From Bigelowiella natans CCMP2755 (Eukaryota > Protista > Cercozoa): DNA of 64,000 nucleotides. This document shows, one piece after another, positions 50,401 through 63,152 of the stretch. Position numbers and translations under genes: made by a program. Under the pieces are notes generated by a model. That model saw nothing but the letters and a program-made list of their open reading frames with translations. It was not told the origin of the DNA and did no database searches. The stretch covers positions 27,457 through 91,456 of the forward strand of contig ADNK01001313.1 of the NCBI GenBank assembly GCA_000320545.1, in the 5' to 3' direction. Numbering within the stretch: the first letter of the stretch is position 1; every line of letters begins with the position of its first letter.

Positions 50401-53400
50401 AGTGACGCTTTCTGTAAAAAAGAATGGAGTTTCAATCGGTTCAAATGCGGCATTGATAAGTCCGCTAAGGGTGCTCCTTCCGGTCACAGTAAATTCTCAT
50501 GGAAGTCGGTATTGCCGATATTGGGACACGAAATTAAACTCATGGTCGCTATCTGGAGTGCGCACATTAGGGGAACAACCGAATGGCCAGTGGTGCGAAA
50601 CTGACCACTTGACCGCTTTCAACGTAGCCCAGCTAGTACCAACAGCGTCACCGACACGGGCTCCATCACTATCGCCTGTGTCAAGATCACCAACAATAAA
50701 TGGTGAAACATTCGAGCCCACACTTCAACCAACAGCGGGTCCAGTTACTTCGGCACCAACTGAGACACCACCCGAACCTTTATCAGCACAAATTACATCT
50801 TCATTAGCGGGAATAGAGGTACTCTCTACCTAATTCTAAATACAATTTAATTTCATTCTATCTCAATTTATAGTTGTTTCCCTTACGCTAGGTATTCTTT
50901 AATGCCCCCACATCGACTGTAAATCGTACATGTTCTGGTCTTCTAGACTCCGCAACTGTTGCGAAGCTTGGCACTGGCCCAGAGTGTATATGGAAAAGGG
51001 CCTCAGTTCTCACCATCAACTTTGGTTTGAATCCTACATTGGTACCTGGGGATACGGTGTCTGTGCTTGGAGGCATCATTACAACACCAAGTGGAAACCC
51101 TGCAAAACCAACTCCAACCACCGTGTCTGTATCTGCACCTACATCTCCCGTTCCAATCCAAGTTAGCCTCGTGGGCCCTGATTTTCTCGGGACATGTGGC
51201 CAAGCCGTCTTGACGGCATCCACATCCGGTTCAGGTGGACGAGATGTGACATTTTCCTGGAGCTACACGGCACCCACAGGTGTTTCAGGAAACTTTTCTT
51301 CGCTCGTAAACTTAGTGGGCTCCAGTACATCGGCATCGTTGACACTTCGGCCCAGTCAGTTGTTGGTAGCAAGTCATAACTTCACAGTGATTGCATCCAA
51401 CTGGATTGGATCACAATCAACAGCGTCCTGGGTTATTACACGGCTAGAAAGTATTGTTCCACGCATTGAGTCGTCGTCTCCAGTTCTATCCATGGTGGAT
51501 CGAGACAAGGCTGTCTCCTTACTGGTTCGAGTATCTCTACCCAATTGTAATGATCCGACTCAAACTCTAGGGCTAACAACAAATGGATTCTGGAGTCAGG
51601 CATTTTCTACAAATGAATATGTTTCTCTTGGTGCTCAACAGTATAAATCAACATTCTCTTCAGACATCATTACGATTCCTAAGGCAAATTCCCTGACACT
51701 AAATTTGCCCAAAGATACGCTTAAAATGGGCGAAAGGTATGGTTTTAATTTTAGGGGAATAATCGTCAATGCAAATGGCCAGCTGATTGGAGACAGTAAT
51801 TCTACATTTGTCTTCGACGTAAATGTCGAAAACGTTGTCTCGGAGATAATAGGTGGAGGTGGAGCTGTCCGAATGGTACCTGTAATCCCTACAGCTACTT
51901 ATGTTGTTAGTTTTGACGCCTCTGGCTCAAACGATCCGTCTAATGCGACCTTTAAGTTAGGATACTTGTGGAATGCTGTGGATCCACTAAATAGGGCAGT
52001 TAATTTACCAGCTGATATAGCTACTGCAGCCATTTTGTACATGAACACCTCACTTCTCAAAGCCGACACTCGCTATACGGTATCCGTAATAGTGACTGGC
52101 CAGAATATCAAAGGATCGACACGAACTGCATCCGCATTTCAAATTCTTGAAACCGTGTCCATTGAGATTCCAATTGTGTCGGTCGAGTCTAAAGTGAAGT
52201 CCAGACTAAATTCTGGCTCTCGTTTACCTCTAACAGCGGAAGTGCAGAATTTCAAGTTCAATGAGCTCAGCTACTTATGGTACGACTAGTATATGATAGA
52301 TATGAGAGAGAGAGAGAAATTTTGAAAACATTGGTTTTGTGCATGCTTATATCCCCAAAATTTTGCATGTATGATAGGTCTACTCCAACTGGAAACTTAG
52401 ATTTCTCGGATCCGAGCACCCTCCTGACTTCAAATTCAGAGCCAAATTTGGTCATCGCGCCGGGCATTCTTCGTCAAGGAACATCATACACTGTTAAGAT
52501 TACCGTGACAGCAATTGCAACTGGCTCTTCAGGAAGTGCGACTCTAGATTTTACAATTAACGGTCCTCCAAGTCTAGGTGCTTGCCAAGCATCACCGCCT
52601 ACTGGAGACGCTTTGCTTACTTACTACCGCCTGGAATGCATCAAATGGGCCGACCCTGAGGGAGACCTACCGATTACCTATAAGGTATGCAATTTTAAAG
52701 TGAATATGTATTCCTGCCATTGAAATCGTCTTTGCTCAGTCAACATGTTTATCAACAGTTTCAGGCAGACCCTTCTGGCACAGGATATTATATAGATCTT
52801 TCTACAGAGCAAACGCTCGATTATTTTGAAACCATTCTTCCAGCACCGAACGCAAATGGTGCAGTTGTCAACCTCCGGACCATTGTGAAGGACTCACTCG
52901 GAGCGGCAGCGACCTCTCAGTTCTCAGCTATTGTCAATGCACGGACAATTGATGTCAACGATGCTTCCAATAGCGTGAACGATCTCATTACAAAAGGAGA
53001 CCTTGCAACATCTGGTGTGCTTCTATCCGGCATCGTCGATCAAGTGTCGAAGAATGCGGCGACAGATTCGTCAGAGGACTCCGCTGCACAGGATTCGGAA
53101 CAATCATCAAGAGCAAGAGTAGTCAGTAGTCTAACCAGTTTCGTTTCAACCGTAACAAATTTGAGGGGCTCAGCAGAAAGTTTGGGGACTCCTTCTATTC
53201 TGCTCCAGCAGGCAACGAAAACAGTAAATCCTGGAGGAATATCTCCAGGATCATCTTCTCAAGCCTTAAAGACAGCCAATGCAATCATCAATGTGACTGG
53301 ATTTGCAGGAACTCCAGCTCCAAAGAGTATTGTTGGCGTTCTGGGGAATCTCATTCTCGCAGCCGGGGGACGCAACAACGAGTCTGATGTAATTGACACC

Positions 53401-56400
53401 GTCACTAAAGCTCAGGCTGCTTCCGCAAATATTGGAGCTACATTATTGGATGGAGCACTTACGGGTGAAAAACAACGAGAAGTCATTTCTGGCAATTTTT
53501 CTGTTGTCTCTAGGCGTCTAGGTTCTAGAGAGATAACATCAGGATCCGGGATCAGAAGTTCCTCTGGCACTGCGCTAAACTTGTCCGAATCATTGAAGTT
53601 TAGAAGTTCTGGTGTGGACGTGCTCACGTCCTTCTCCGTATCCCCCACATATCCTAGTAACGATGGTGCAGGAGTGTTCTCGGTAATCCTCCGAACCCCA
53701 GGATCCACTGCGGATGCACAAGTTTCTAACCTGAGCCAGCCAATCACCTTCATTATTCCCGCCAGGGCAGAGATTAACTCTTGTGTGTATTGGAATGAAA
53801 CCATAGAAGAGTTCACCTCAGATGGCTTGGTGTACCTGGGCCGAACTGTGACTACTACGGGACTTCCGGCGATAAAATGTCAGAGTTCGCATTTGACATC
53901 ATTTAGCGGCTCCACAGAAATACAGATTAGCATTAATACTTTCTCTGCGAGTGATATCAATGCAAGATCGTTCAGCATGTCAAATCCAGTAATGATTATT
54001 TGCTTCGTGATTTTTACTTCGTACATCTTCTGCTCATATTTGGCAATCATGAAAGACCGGAAAACCACATCCGCCAATGAATCCGATGCGTACTGGAGGG
54101 AAACCAATATGCAGGATATCATTAGTAAGAGGGGCAACCGTTCCTTGAAGAATTTGAGTGAAAAAATATCTTGGAGCATAAGAAATGAACACATCTGGCT
54201 GAGCCCAGTTTTTCGTCATCCAGGAGACTTCCTCAGTAGCTGGAAGCGAGTCACAATTCTTTTCGTACTGCTGTTTAACCAAATGCTTGTGACTGCTCTG
54301 CTTGTAGGGCGGGAGCAAAAATTGCCGTTTCTGGACGGATTATTAGCAGCAACAATAGTAACGACCATCCTCAGCATACCGATCCCTTTCGTTGTTAGTG
54401 TATTATACAGTCGCAATCCCCCAGAGGCGTTTAAATTGGGAGCTGATGTGAGCATGCTTGTATCTGTTTTCAGCTTCTTATGCACTTTGTGTGCAGCCGC
54501 AATTCCAAAAGAGGAAGAGGAAGTAATCGAGTCTGAGAAAGATGTCGTTGGCGCAGCTAACACAAAAATCATTGCGATGGACGAAGACGACCTGGATTGG
54601 TACATAGACCGTATCGCTGCAGAAAAAGAGGCATACAGAGTTGATGCAGATTTCGAAGTAAAGAAGAAAAGAGTGAAGATGATGATGCAGTCAGAACAAG
54701 CTGCTAACGTGATGTCTGCGGACCATGCTTTAGTTGCGGTGGACAAAAAAGGACACGTGATTACGAAATCGGAAATGGCCCAAAAAAAAGAAAAAGAGAA
54801 AGCTAAAAAAGAAAGAATGAAGAAACGCAATAACCGGGGAAAGAACGGAGAGAATGTATCGAGTAGCAATCTAGAGAGCATTGAGATAAGCGATATTGAC
54901 GTTGGAAAGAAGAGTGCTCCATTCGATGAAATAATTGAAAATGTTGTGACCGGACAGGAAGGTGAAGCTAAAGCTTGTTACGGCGAAATATTCTGGAAAG
55001 CAAAGTTTAATCATCAAATGACAGTTTCGGATATATTTGTAACATCGCTGTTGATTCTGTTCATGGTCGGTGCCTGGTTTATCCTGGCTGCACTCTCTCT
55101 TACTCCTGGTTTTAACTCCATCAAAACTGTCCTAGGCTCTATCCTAGTATTCATCGAAAATTTCTTCGGAAGTTTGATTAGCATGGTTTTACTGCAAATC
55201 ATACTTTTCATCCCGCTTTGTAACTTTATGAATCGGTGGCTTTCGAAAGACGAAGAAACAGTGCAAGAATTGGATGGAGGTTTCTACATCCATTTCGAAT
55301 CCGGAAAAATCGGGTTCAGTTTTCACAAGCTTAAAGTTGTTGAGGTTCGTCAGGGCACCCAAGCAGCTCAGAAGGGAGTGAAAGTCGGTTGGCGAGTTAT
55401 CTCAATCGCTGGTATAAAGATAAAAAATGATCGCCAATTGTTCGCGGTGCTCCAAGAGCAGCATCGCCTGCAATATAAGTTTGAGATGAAATTCCTGCCT
55501 CTTCAAAGCGTTATCCAGAAATCAGACGAAGGTGTAGATGAAGCTCCCGCTCTTGGTCACCAAAAAGATGTGTCTTATAGTAGCCGATTTGGTACACTGC
55601 ATCATGCAGAACATTCTCCTGGTTGCACTCCAAATGCGTCTCCTGTGCAACCAAAGAGAAGAATCAGACCTACTGGACCTATTTTGCATGGGAGGATCTT
55701 AAGAAGTGACGCAAAGGTTGCTTCAGTTGGCAATAGAACGTCCATGGGTAGTGGTCTAATTGCACGCTCTCAAAGAATTTCTCGGGGATTGTTGTCAACG
55801 GCTTTGGTATCAACCAGATCCATTGCTGGAAACTCCAATAATGTAATGACAAAAAGCGTATTTACCGAGAGTGCTTATATTCCTGACGCAAACACAAAAA
55901 CAGACGTATCAAAAGGGCTTCCGCTCGTGGAAAGAAAAAAACGAGGAACTCGCAATAGACGAGGTACCAATTCGAGGCAAGTCACTACTAATAATAAGAA
56001 TCATCAAAGATCACAAGCAGTTACTTCAATAGACGCTTTGAACTTGTTCGATAAAGCTGTGTATGATGATGGAGCTCCAGAGCCTGCGCACATTGGTGGT
56101 GAGGAAAAACTGGCCAAAAGTCGTGCCGAGGGAGAAAGTCTATCTGAGTCTCCTGAATTGATAAGTCGCACTTTAATGTCTACTGGAATGCCGAGCCATG
56201 GTGTCTTTCCTAGCCATTTATCTTCAATGATTAACCCCCTTGCTAACACGGTAGCTCAAAATGAGGACAGTCATTTTGGACTTTCGATCACAAAAAGCAG
56301 AGAAGATGTCCCATCAATCCCATCAATGACACTAGATTCGCTCAGAAGGCCGGCGGGAGAATCCGATCTAAGAAAAGGGAATTCGTCACAGAATCTTGGA

Positions 56401-56661
56401 AAGAAGAGCAATGCGGCAACTCAGTTTGCATCAAACACTTCCCAATCCACTGCTCACGGAACTCGGAGTGCCCAAAAGTTGTTTAAGCGGCAGACTAGGA
56501 CCGCCAGAAACCCCAAAGTAGAAAAAAACGTCACTTCGAATGATGCTCTGGCACTGTTCGGCTCAAATCAATACAGTGACAGTGAGGAGGGCGATTGCAA
56601 AGACGGGAAAGAGAAGGAAGGAGGTATTTTCGGGAAATCCATGAATCAGTTTTCCATATGA
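44449..56661 (+). CDS. Giant polycystin-1/REJ-like receptor, ~3,926 aa, 7 exons (44449-45975, 46043-47978, 48037-48248, 48311-50818, 50892-52279, 52378-52684, 52759-56661)
   Basis: Exon lengths sum to 11,781 nt, in frame. Order: signal peptide MPKLWSFFSCFMLCFL; S/T/P stalks; two NHL-repeat blocks (YVAD-x-x-NH-x-IR); REJ-like module + GPS (YCRYW..WCETDHLTAF); second REJ-like module + GPS (CVYW..CQSSHLTSF); ~6 TM segments with the PKD1-type HIWLS..R-x-P..KRVT motif; PDZ (GKIGFSF..GVKVGWRVISIAG); disordered tail. Confidence 0.88.
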
Positions 56662-56739
56662 GGAATGCTTCATCAAGTTTAGTTTTTTTTGCACATGTTG
56701 TCATTGGATTCAAAGGATGATGATTTGCATTCATTGGCA

Positions 56740-57720
56740 CAACTGGAGCCGCATGCAAAATGGACCGAATCTTTCTGAAACTGGGCTTTCAGGGAGATGC
56801 ACGTCACTGTAGACACAACGCTGTGTAACACTTTGTGTTTCAGACATGCTAGGACAAAATGTGTCTACTTTCACTTCAGCAAACAGCAGTGTTGCTCAGT
56901 GCTTAGTTACGCTAGTACGCTAGCTCGCGCGTTCATGCAATCATGACATGTCATCTAGCTTGAGTCTTGATCTCAAAAGCTGGAAAGACCAGCCGGCGCC
57001 TAGCTAGCTAGCTCATCAAGAAATCAATTGCATGTGCACAACGATGAGATGATGCATGCTAGCTGATGTCTTCTTGGCGTCCATCCCTAGCTTACTAGCT
57101 TAACACTAGCTAGTGCAATGAGTGTCACGTCTTATTCCGGCCACGCTAGCATTTTGGCTTAGCACATTAGTGCTAGAGTGCGGACGCACATTACAAAGCT
57201 AGAAAGCGCTAGAGCGTCTGCTATACACTTACTAGATGGGCTGGTATAGCTAGCAGATGGATGCGAGCTAGCGAGGGCATCGTCGCAAGCACGCGATGCA
57301 AGCAGGGCTAACTAGCTAAGCTGGCTAGCTGCATGCTAGCATGGTAGTAACGTCGCATTGTCTAGTTCTGATGAGCTAATGTCCCCGCACGCTAGCACGT
57401 ACAGCTAGCAACATGCTACATGTCTAGCAGATGAAGAGCAGATGTCATCATTAGATGTGTTGACGTTGTTTACGAATGAAGACGAATGTAATGTTGACGT
57501 CAAAGCCCAGCATCACCGCCATGCTAGCATGCACAGCTAGTTAGCTAGGTAGACAGCATCACCAGGATTCAGATGCAGTCGAGTCTACAGTTTAATTCAT
57601 TTGTCCATGCTGCTTGGACCTACATTTATTTTCACCATGCTTGCATGCGCATGTGCAAATACGCACTTTCCAAAATCATCTCCATGCGACTTACAAGTCT
57701 ATTAACCAAGCAAATGTCTA
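56740..57720. other. Convergent-junction island (receptor -> <- UNG)
   Basis: Strongest example. CATGCTAGCATG at 57332-57343 and 57520-57531; runs such as cctagctagctagctc and actagctaagctggctagctgcatgctagc. Confidence 0.85.
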
Positions 57721-57841
57721 GATGTAGAAAAGATTTCTACATTCCTAAAGTCGAACGTTAATCTTTTACTATTCCTCATGGGAGTTGATTGGTGCAGTTA
57801 TTTTGCACGCCCTGGAAGTGAAACGGTTTGCAGAGATACGA

Positions 57842-58170
57842 TCAAACCTGCCACTTTATTGGCTCCTGCCCTTTGCTGACAAGATACTCATTCACTTGCG
57901 AGAACGGTTTGGATCCGAAGAATCCCCTAAGTTTTGGCAGAAAACCCGTTCGTTTAGAAATGATCGGTGTAATATTGCATAGGTGCTTTATCAGACCTAT
58001 GAGCTGATAGTCCCGATGGATGTACTGATTTAATAATTTTATGCCGGCCTTTTGTTAAGTTAGCCGCCTTCTTCTGTGCGTGCCTAAGTATCAGTTTGTC
58101 ATATTATGTAAATCCTTCTTGCACAAATAACTATAAGTACAGTGCATGCATAAATGCATCTTACAGTATT

Positions 58171-58206
<36 letters not shown>

Positions 58207-59714
58207 CGTTCTAATGAAGCATTACCCTCCCCACAGCACGAATACAAGGCCCTTCCTCTCGTTGAGTTTGCTCACAACTGCAGCAGTGAATTCTTGCCAG
58301 CCAAAGCGTTTGTGGCTGGAAAAACAGGGATGGGATTATGTTAGTATAGATGCGGGGTCGTGATCAACTCTGCGAGTAAATTACCTGTTTGCCTGATGCG
58401 CTCGTACTGTCAGGCCAGTGTTGAGGAGAAACACACCTTGCTCCGCCCACTTGATGAGATTCCCGTGGTAGGGTATCCTAAATTTCTGTGTTGGTTTTTA
58501 TATGATTTAGGGAAGACATTTGGCTTGGGCGAAGAAAGACGAAATCAGAATAGTTTTTTACAGGAATATCCGCTTTCAGCTCCTTGTATATGTTGCGGAG
58601 GGACGATGGTATTTTAATTCCCCTTGGTACAGAAAAGCATAGGCCTTCGGCCTGTCCAACCCCATGATATGGATCCTGTGGTTAGGGCAAAATGTTGACA
58701 TGATGACGGCGTCGACAAATATGATGTGTTGGAATTAAGGTTTCGATTCACTAGCTCAGATTGGCCTACTACTAAAAAACATCGTCGTCGGTGTATTATT
58801 GTCGTCTCCAGTTAGTCACCTGTCCGATAATAACCACTCTGATCTTCTCAATAGGGCACAGCTCAAAGGCGCGGAAAATCTGGTGAGCTGGCGGGAAAAT
58901 TTTTTTGCCGCTCGTATACTCCTACAGAGATAACAGATATATGATGTTAGACGTCGTGCCAGATTTTTTTGCGAACGCATTCCAGCACACCTTCGTGAGA
59001 GAATCGCTCAAGTAGCGAAAATATGGTCTCGAGAATTCGTCTTTCAAGGTCTCTCGCCAGCTTTCTGGAACCATCGAGGCTAGGTCTTTGAACGGGTTCT
59101 TAGCTAGTTTGGAGTATAAGGAGGAAAACAAAAGATTAAAAAAGAGAACAATATTGAATATGAAATTTTATTGTTTCACTGCATTACTACCAGCTAATTT
59201 TCTGGCTTTCAACTTTTTCAATGCCTCCTTCTTCTTCTGATCAATGTTGGATCTCTGCTTTTCGGACAGTGCGATATCAGATTCCGCACGTTTAGCTTTA
59301 GCCGTTTTACCACCGTTTTCCCCCAAGGGCTCGGTCATTGCCCGTTGAAGCGTCTATTTTATTCAGACAGGAATGTATTCAGCAATAATCTGATTAGTTG
59401 ATTTTCTCACTTTCTACCGCCAGCACATCCATTCACAATGAGAAGCACAATAAATATATTACCGGGGCCCTATTTTCATTATTCTGGATGGGCGTCGTCG
59501 AGGATGAAGCTTCTTCTTGCAATTTAGGCAGTGAACTTGGTGCGTCGTCAGCGCCCGCCCTCTTTGCTACACGCGCAGATTTCCTTTGTGAGGGCGTGAC
59601 GAATTCCCCGTCACCCGATTCCGCCTCAGGATTTCGCTTGTGCTTTTTGGATGGGGGTTTGGGTGTGCTTTGATCGCTACCCGTTCTCTTGAAGTAGGAT
59701 GCAATGGATTTCAT
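57842..59714 (-). CDS. UNG: Uracil-DNA glycosylase, family 1; multi-exon
   Basis: N-terminal PIP-box-like MKSIASYF; [14 protein letters not shown]; GQDPYHG; [10 protein letters not shown]; [12 protein letters not shown]; FVLWG; HPSGLS; [16 protein letters not shown] (stop 57842-57844). Confidence 0.93.
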
Positions 59715-60330
59715 GTTTGGGACACAGCAGCTGCTCAAGGCTCCTCTCTGATGTGTGTTGGCCGGAAGATAATTTCCTGCTTTCAGACCGAAATCTCCTA
59801 CAAAATGTGCATGAGAAATTCCGGAAGAGATTAATTTTAAGCTTTTTTACACTTACGGTAAAGTGTTAAGGACAGATCATCTTAGAAATTCCGCGATGGA
59901 GAAGTTGTCCATGAGACTTAGGGTGCTGGATATCCCACCGAAATGCTCTCCCGCGAGTAGATGCCGAAGAAATATTTTTAAAACTTAAACCTCGGTAAGA
60001 TATGATATTCCCATCTATGCGGGAAACTACTCACTAATTCGAAAGGGAATACATGGTATATTTATTTAAAACATAGGATAATGTTTCAATTTAGAGCACA
60101 TACAAGGATATTCTACAATTTATGCAAGTAAAATTTAAATCTTATTTCTAATCCTTGTGCTGGCATAGGAGAGGCTCTATTTAGATTAAGTACATAAAAT
60201 AGAATGTAATTTATATAAGCGACTATGTAAATTCGAACAAAATAAAGTCAAAAATGGCTGAATTTGTATTAATATGTCATCTTTTAGAGATTATTGTAAG
60301 GTATAGTGCCGTCTGGCCCAGATCTACAAA

Positions 60331-60805
60331 ATGTCCGCTTCGTACACGATCCAGACCTTTGCGCCCCTGGGGATTATTTTCTTGGGCATAACTGGAATGG
60401 GCTATTCAATCAAAGGAGTTCAATCCCTTCTTGGATATCATAAGGAACGCGCTGATACGATCAAATACAGGGTATTGTTACTTTGTTATCCTGTCTCATC
60501 TTCTTTTGGGGGGGGGGGTGAAAATGAGAATATGGTAGAATTTTAGCTCAAGATAGAGATTAACGTAAAGAATAAAATGTGTATTCGAAGCTGTGTGATT
60601 CTGTGGGAACCCAAGCATTTTCCTGTTAGATGGGACTCTATGTATCCGTTCTGAATGGACTTTTCTCAGCGAAACGTGATGAATTAATTAAACTTCCTCC
60701 TTCTTTGTTTATCAGTTCCACACCAATAGCAGACATATAAGAGAAATCCCGCCACAGTATAGAGAAAAGTATGCGAAGATGGCTGAAGATATGAAAAAGG
60801 AGTAA
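60331..60805 (+). CDS. Small single-TM protein, possibly complex I subunit NDUFA1 (MWFE)-like; 3' splicing uncertain
   Basis: MSASYTIQTFAPLGIIFLGITGMGYSIKGVQSLLG.. resembles the PLGII-containing NDUFA1 N-terminus. A downstream WD-containing micro-exon follows. Confidence 0.45.
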
Positions 60806-61183
60806 ATTTGCCTTCTCTCCAAGAATTATGCTTCATTGAATTTGAGCATTTTCTCTCAGCAACATGAATTTAATGCGACAAGCAGATGTAAATGCCACCT
60901 AGCTTCCAACAATAGGAAGATTCTTGCATATTAAATAAAATAAGTTCTGAGTGGAAATTTTGCTTCACTCTGCATCGCTGCACAATGAAGTCCGGACATA
61001 CCACTGCTCGTGAGCGCGGATGGGCTCAGTGCAAAATTAGATTATCTTTATCATATTCACACTTTGAGATTGTCCGACCTAGACTGCATATCACAAAAAT
61101 TACTAACAAATGCGTTGATAATTGTGCTGTGAGAGCGAACTTTGTATGTCAGTATTTACACGTATTACTATATATGTATGTGC

Positions 61184-61226
<43 letters not shown>

Positions 61227-61319
61227 AACATGATGTGTAAATGTATTATAAGCATATCTATCTTACTATGCTTCGTCTATAATATTATGTGGACATCTCA
61301 CTTCTAATATTCAGTTGTC

Positions 61320-61900
61320 GCTAAAATAATAGAATTTATAGTTTAGTCGTTACGTCCGCGGCTACATCCTTACTACACACTAAAGCATACTAGCATATAA
61401 GTTCGTACGATGTACGAGATATTCTGCAAGCATTTGTTCTTCAATTCTAAACTTAAATTGCTATGCTATATCTGTACTGTGCGCGCGCACGTATACGCCG
61501 GAAAATTAGTGACAAACGGCTAACCGACGTACGTATACGTGAATGATTTTCCCGTGTGTATAGCTGCGCGCAAAGCGCGCCATGCTAGACCAAATCAGGA
61601 TGCATTTTCATGCATGCGCCATGTGACCAAGGAAACAAACAGACACTATTTAAGCGCTGTAGCCGCTGCATTGCACAGCTACATTAGAATGACCATTGAA
61701 ACAATTTAAACATTTCATTACATCCGTCTCATATGTAGTTTAATGAGAACGTTTATATGTCGTATAGCACGCGCAAGCAACTTCTACAATGCATACTACA
61801 CAGCTAGGAGCATCGTTATTATTTACTCTAATAAGCTATATTGTGCTTATACAACTTGTGCGCTGTAGCCGCTATTATTGATCGCTGCATTGCACAGCTA
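61320..61900. other. Convergent-junction island (NDUFA1-like -> <- unknown gene)
   Basis: e.g. tagctgcgcgcaaagcgcgccatgctagac and ttttcatgcatgcgccatg. Confidence 0.7.
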
Positions 61901-61953
61901 CATTAGGATGACAATTGAAATAATTTAAACATTTCATTACATCTGTCTTATAT
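61654..61953. repeat. Imperfect direct repeat (~80 bp) at 61654-61736 and 61860-61953
   Basis: gcgctgtagccgct..gcattgcacagctacattag(a/g)atgac(c/a)attgaaa(c/t)aatttaaacatttcattacatc. The second copy overlaps the putative stop of the minus-strand gene. Confidence 0.85.
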
Positions 61954-62522
61954 TGTGCTTATTCCAAAAGCAATCCAAGCAAAAGGTGGCATCAGTCACA
62001 AGATATGCATCGATGTGGAGGGCCCATGAGTGCAAAGCACTGTTGGGCACATACCATCCGTGAGAATTCGAAGCTTCTCCCAGATAGCTTTCATGTCGCC
62101 GTTTGTTTCTGTAGTATGCTTGACCTTCTTCGTGTCCGTCTTTTTCTCTCCAATTGGGCCGGTAGTGTAGCAGGCTTCGTTTTCCAATGGAAAATTCACC
62201 GGAAGAAAAGCAACAGCCGTATTCCGGCACCGCGACCGTAGAACTGATAACAATAATAGACGTTGCAGGAACAGCTCATTTTTGCAGGAGTTGAAGAAGA
62301 ATTCTAAAACTACGGAGACTCTTTACCATGCGCCGAGTCTACTCTGCGATAGGATATAAAAATAATGTACTCTGCGATAGGATCTCCTCATCGCAGATAT
62401 AAAAATCGTGTTACAGCAGTTCTGCCTTTACCACCGTTGGCAATGGAAAGGCATGCAAATTGGCTACTGCGAAAAATATTAGTAGAGCGGTGCAACAGGC
62501 AGAGTGAACTAGAAAAGGAAGC

Positions 62523-62582
<60 letters not shown>

Positions 62583-63117
62583 ATTATGTTCAATATTCGC
62601 TACTACTTCTACGACTACTACTACTACTACTACTTACCCATATTAATCCATTCTGGATCATGGATGCTACCGCGTCCTTGCATTAACACATCATCGCCTA
62701 CCGTTGCACTCGAGGAGAGCGTAGCTCCAGGACCGAACATGCAATTTTCATTATTTTCAGCTTGATCCAGCTGGCTCATCACTCTAGCAGCAGGAGATAT
62801 TATGCCTCCCCCTCCCCCTCTTCGTTGCATCGGAGTAGCTTCTTGGCCATCTTCCCCCATCACCATATGAAATGATCCTGCATGGCTAACTGATTCCTGC
62901 AAACAGAGGAGGAAGTTGCATCGCCATCAGCACAGCTCCTCATGTGTTTGGGCAGTGTTTGATGAATATTGATGTCGGTTACTACTCACAGCTCTGGAAG
63001 GAGCCAAGCTCCATAGACCATCCGCGTAGCGAAAATTGCACTTCGGATCGGAAGGGTTCACCTGGGAGATAAGCAAACAGATAAGCGCGTCGGTCCCTGA
63101 AGAAGGATGGCAGTGAT

Positions 63118-63152
<35 letters not shown>

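Noticed and set aside
9659-56661. A ciliary signalling cluster (TMEM138, G-alpha/RGS, polycystin-like receptor)
   Set aside because: The genes are 10-35 kb apart with unrelated metabolic genes between them; no sequence evidence of co-regulation.
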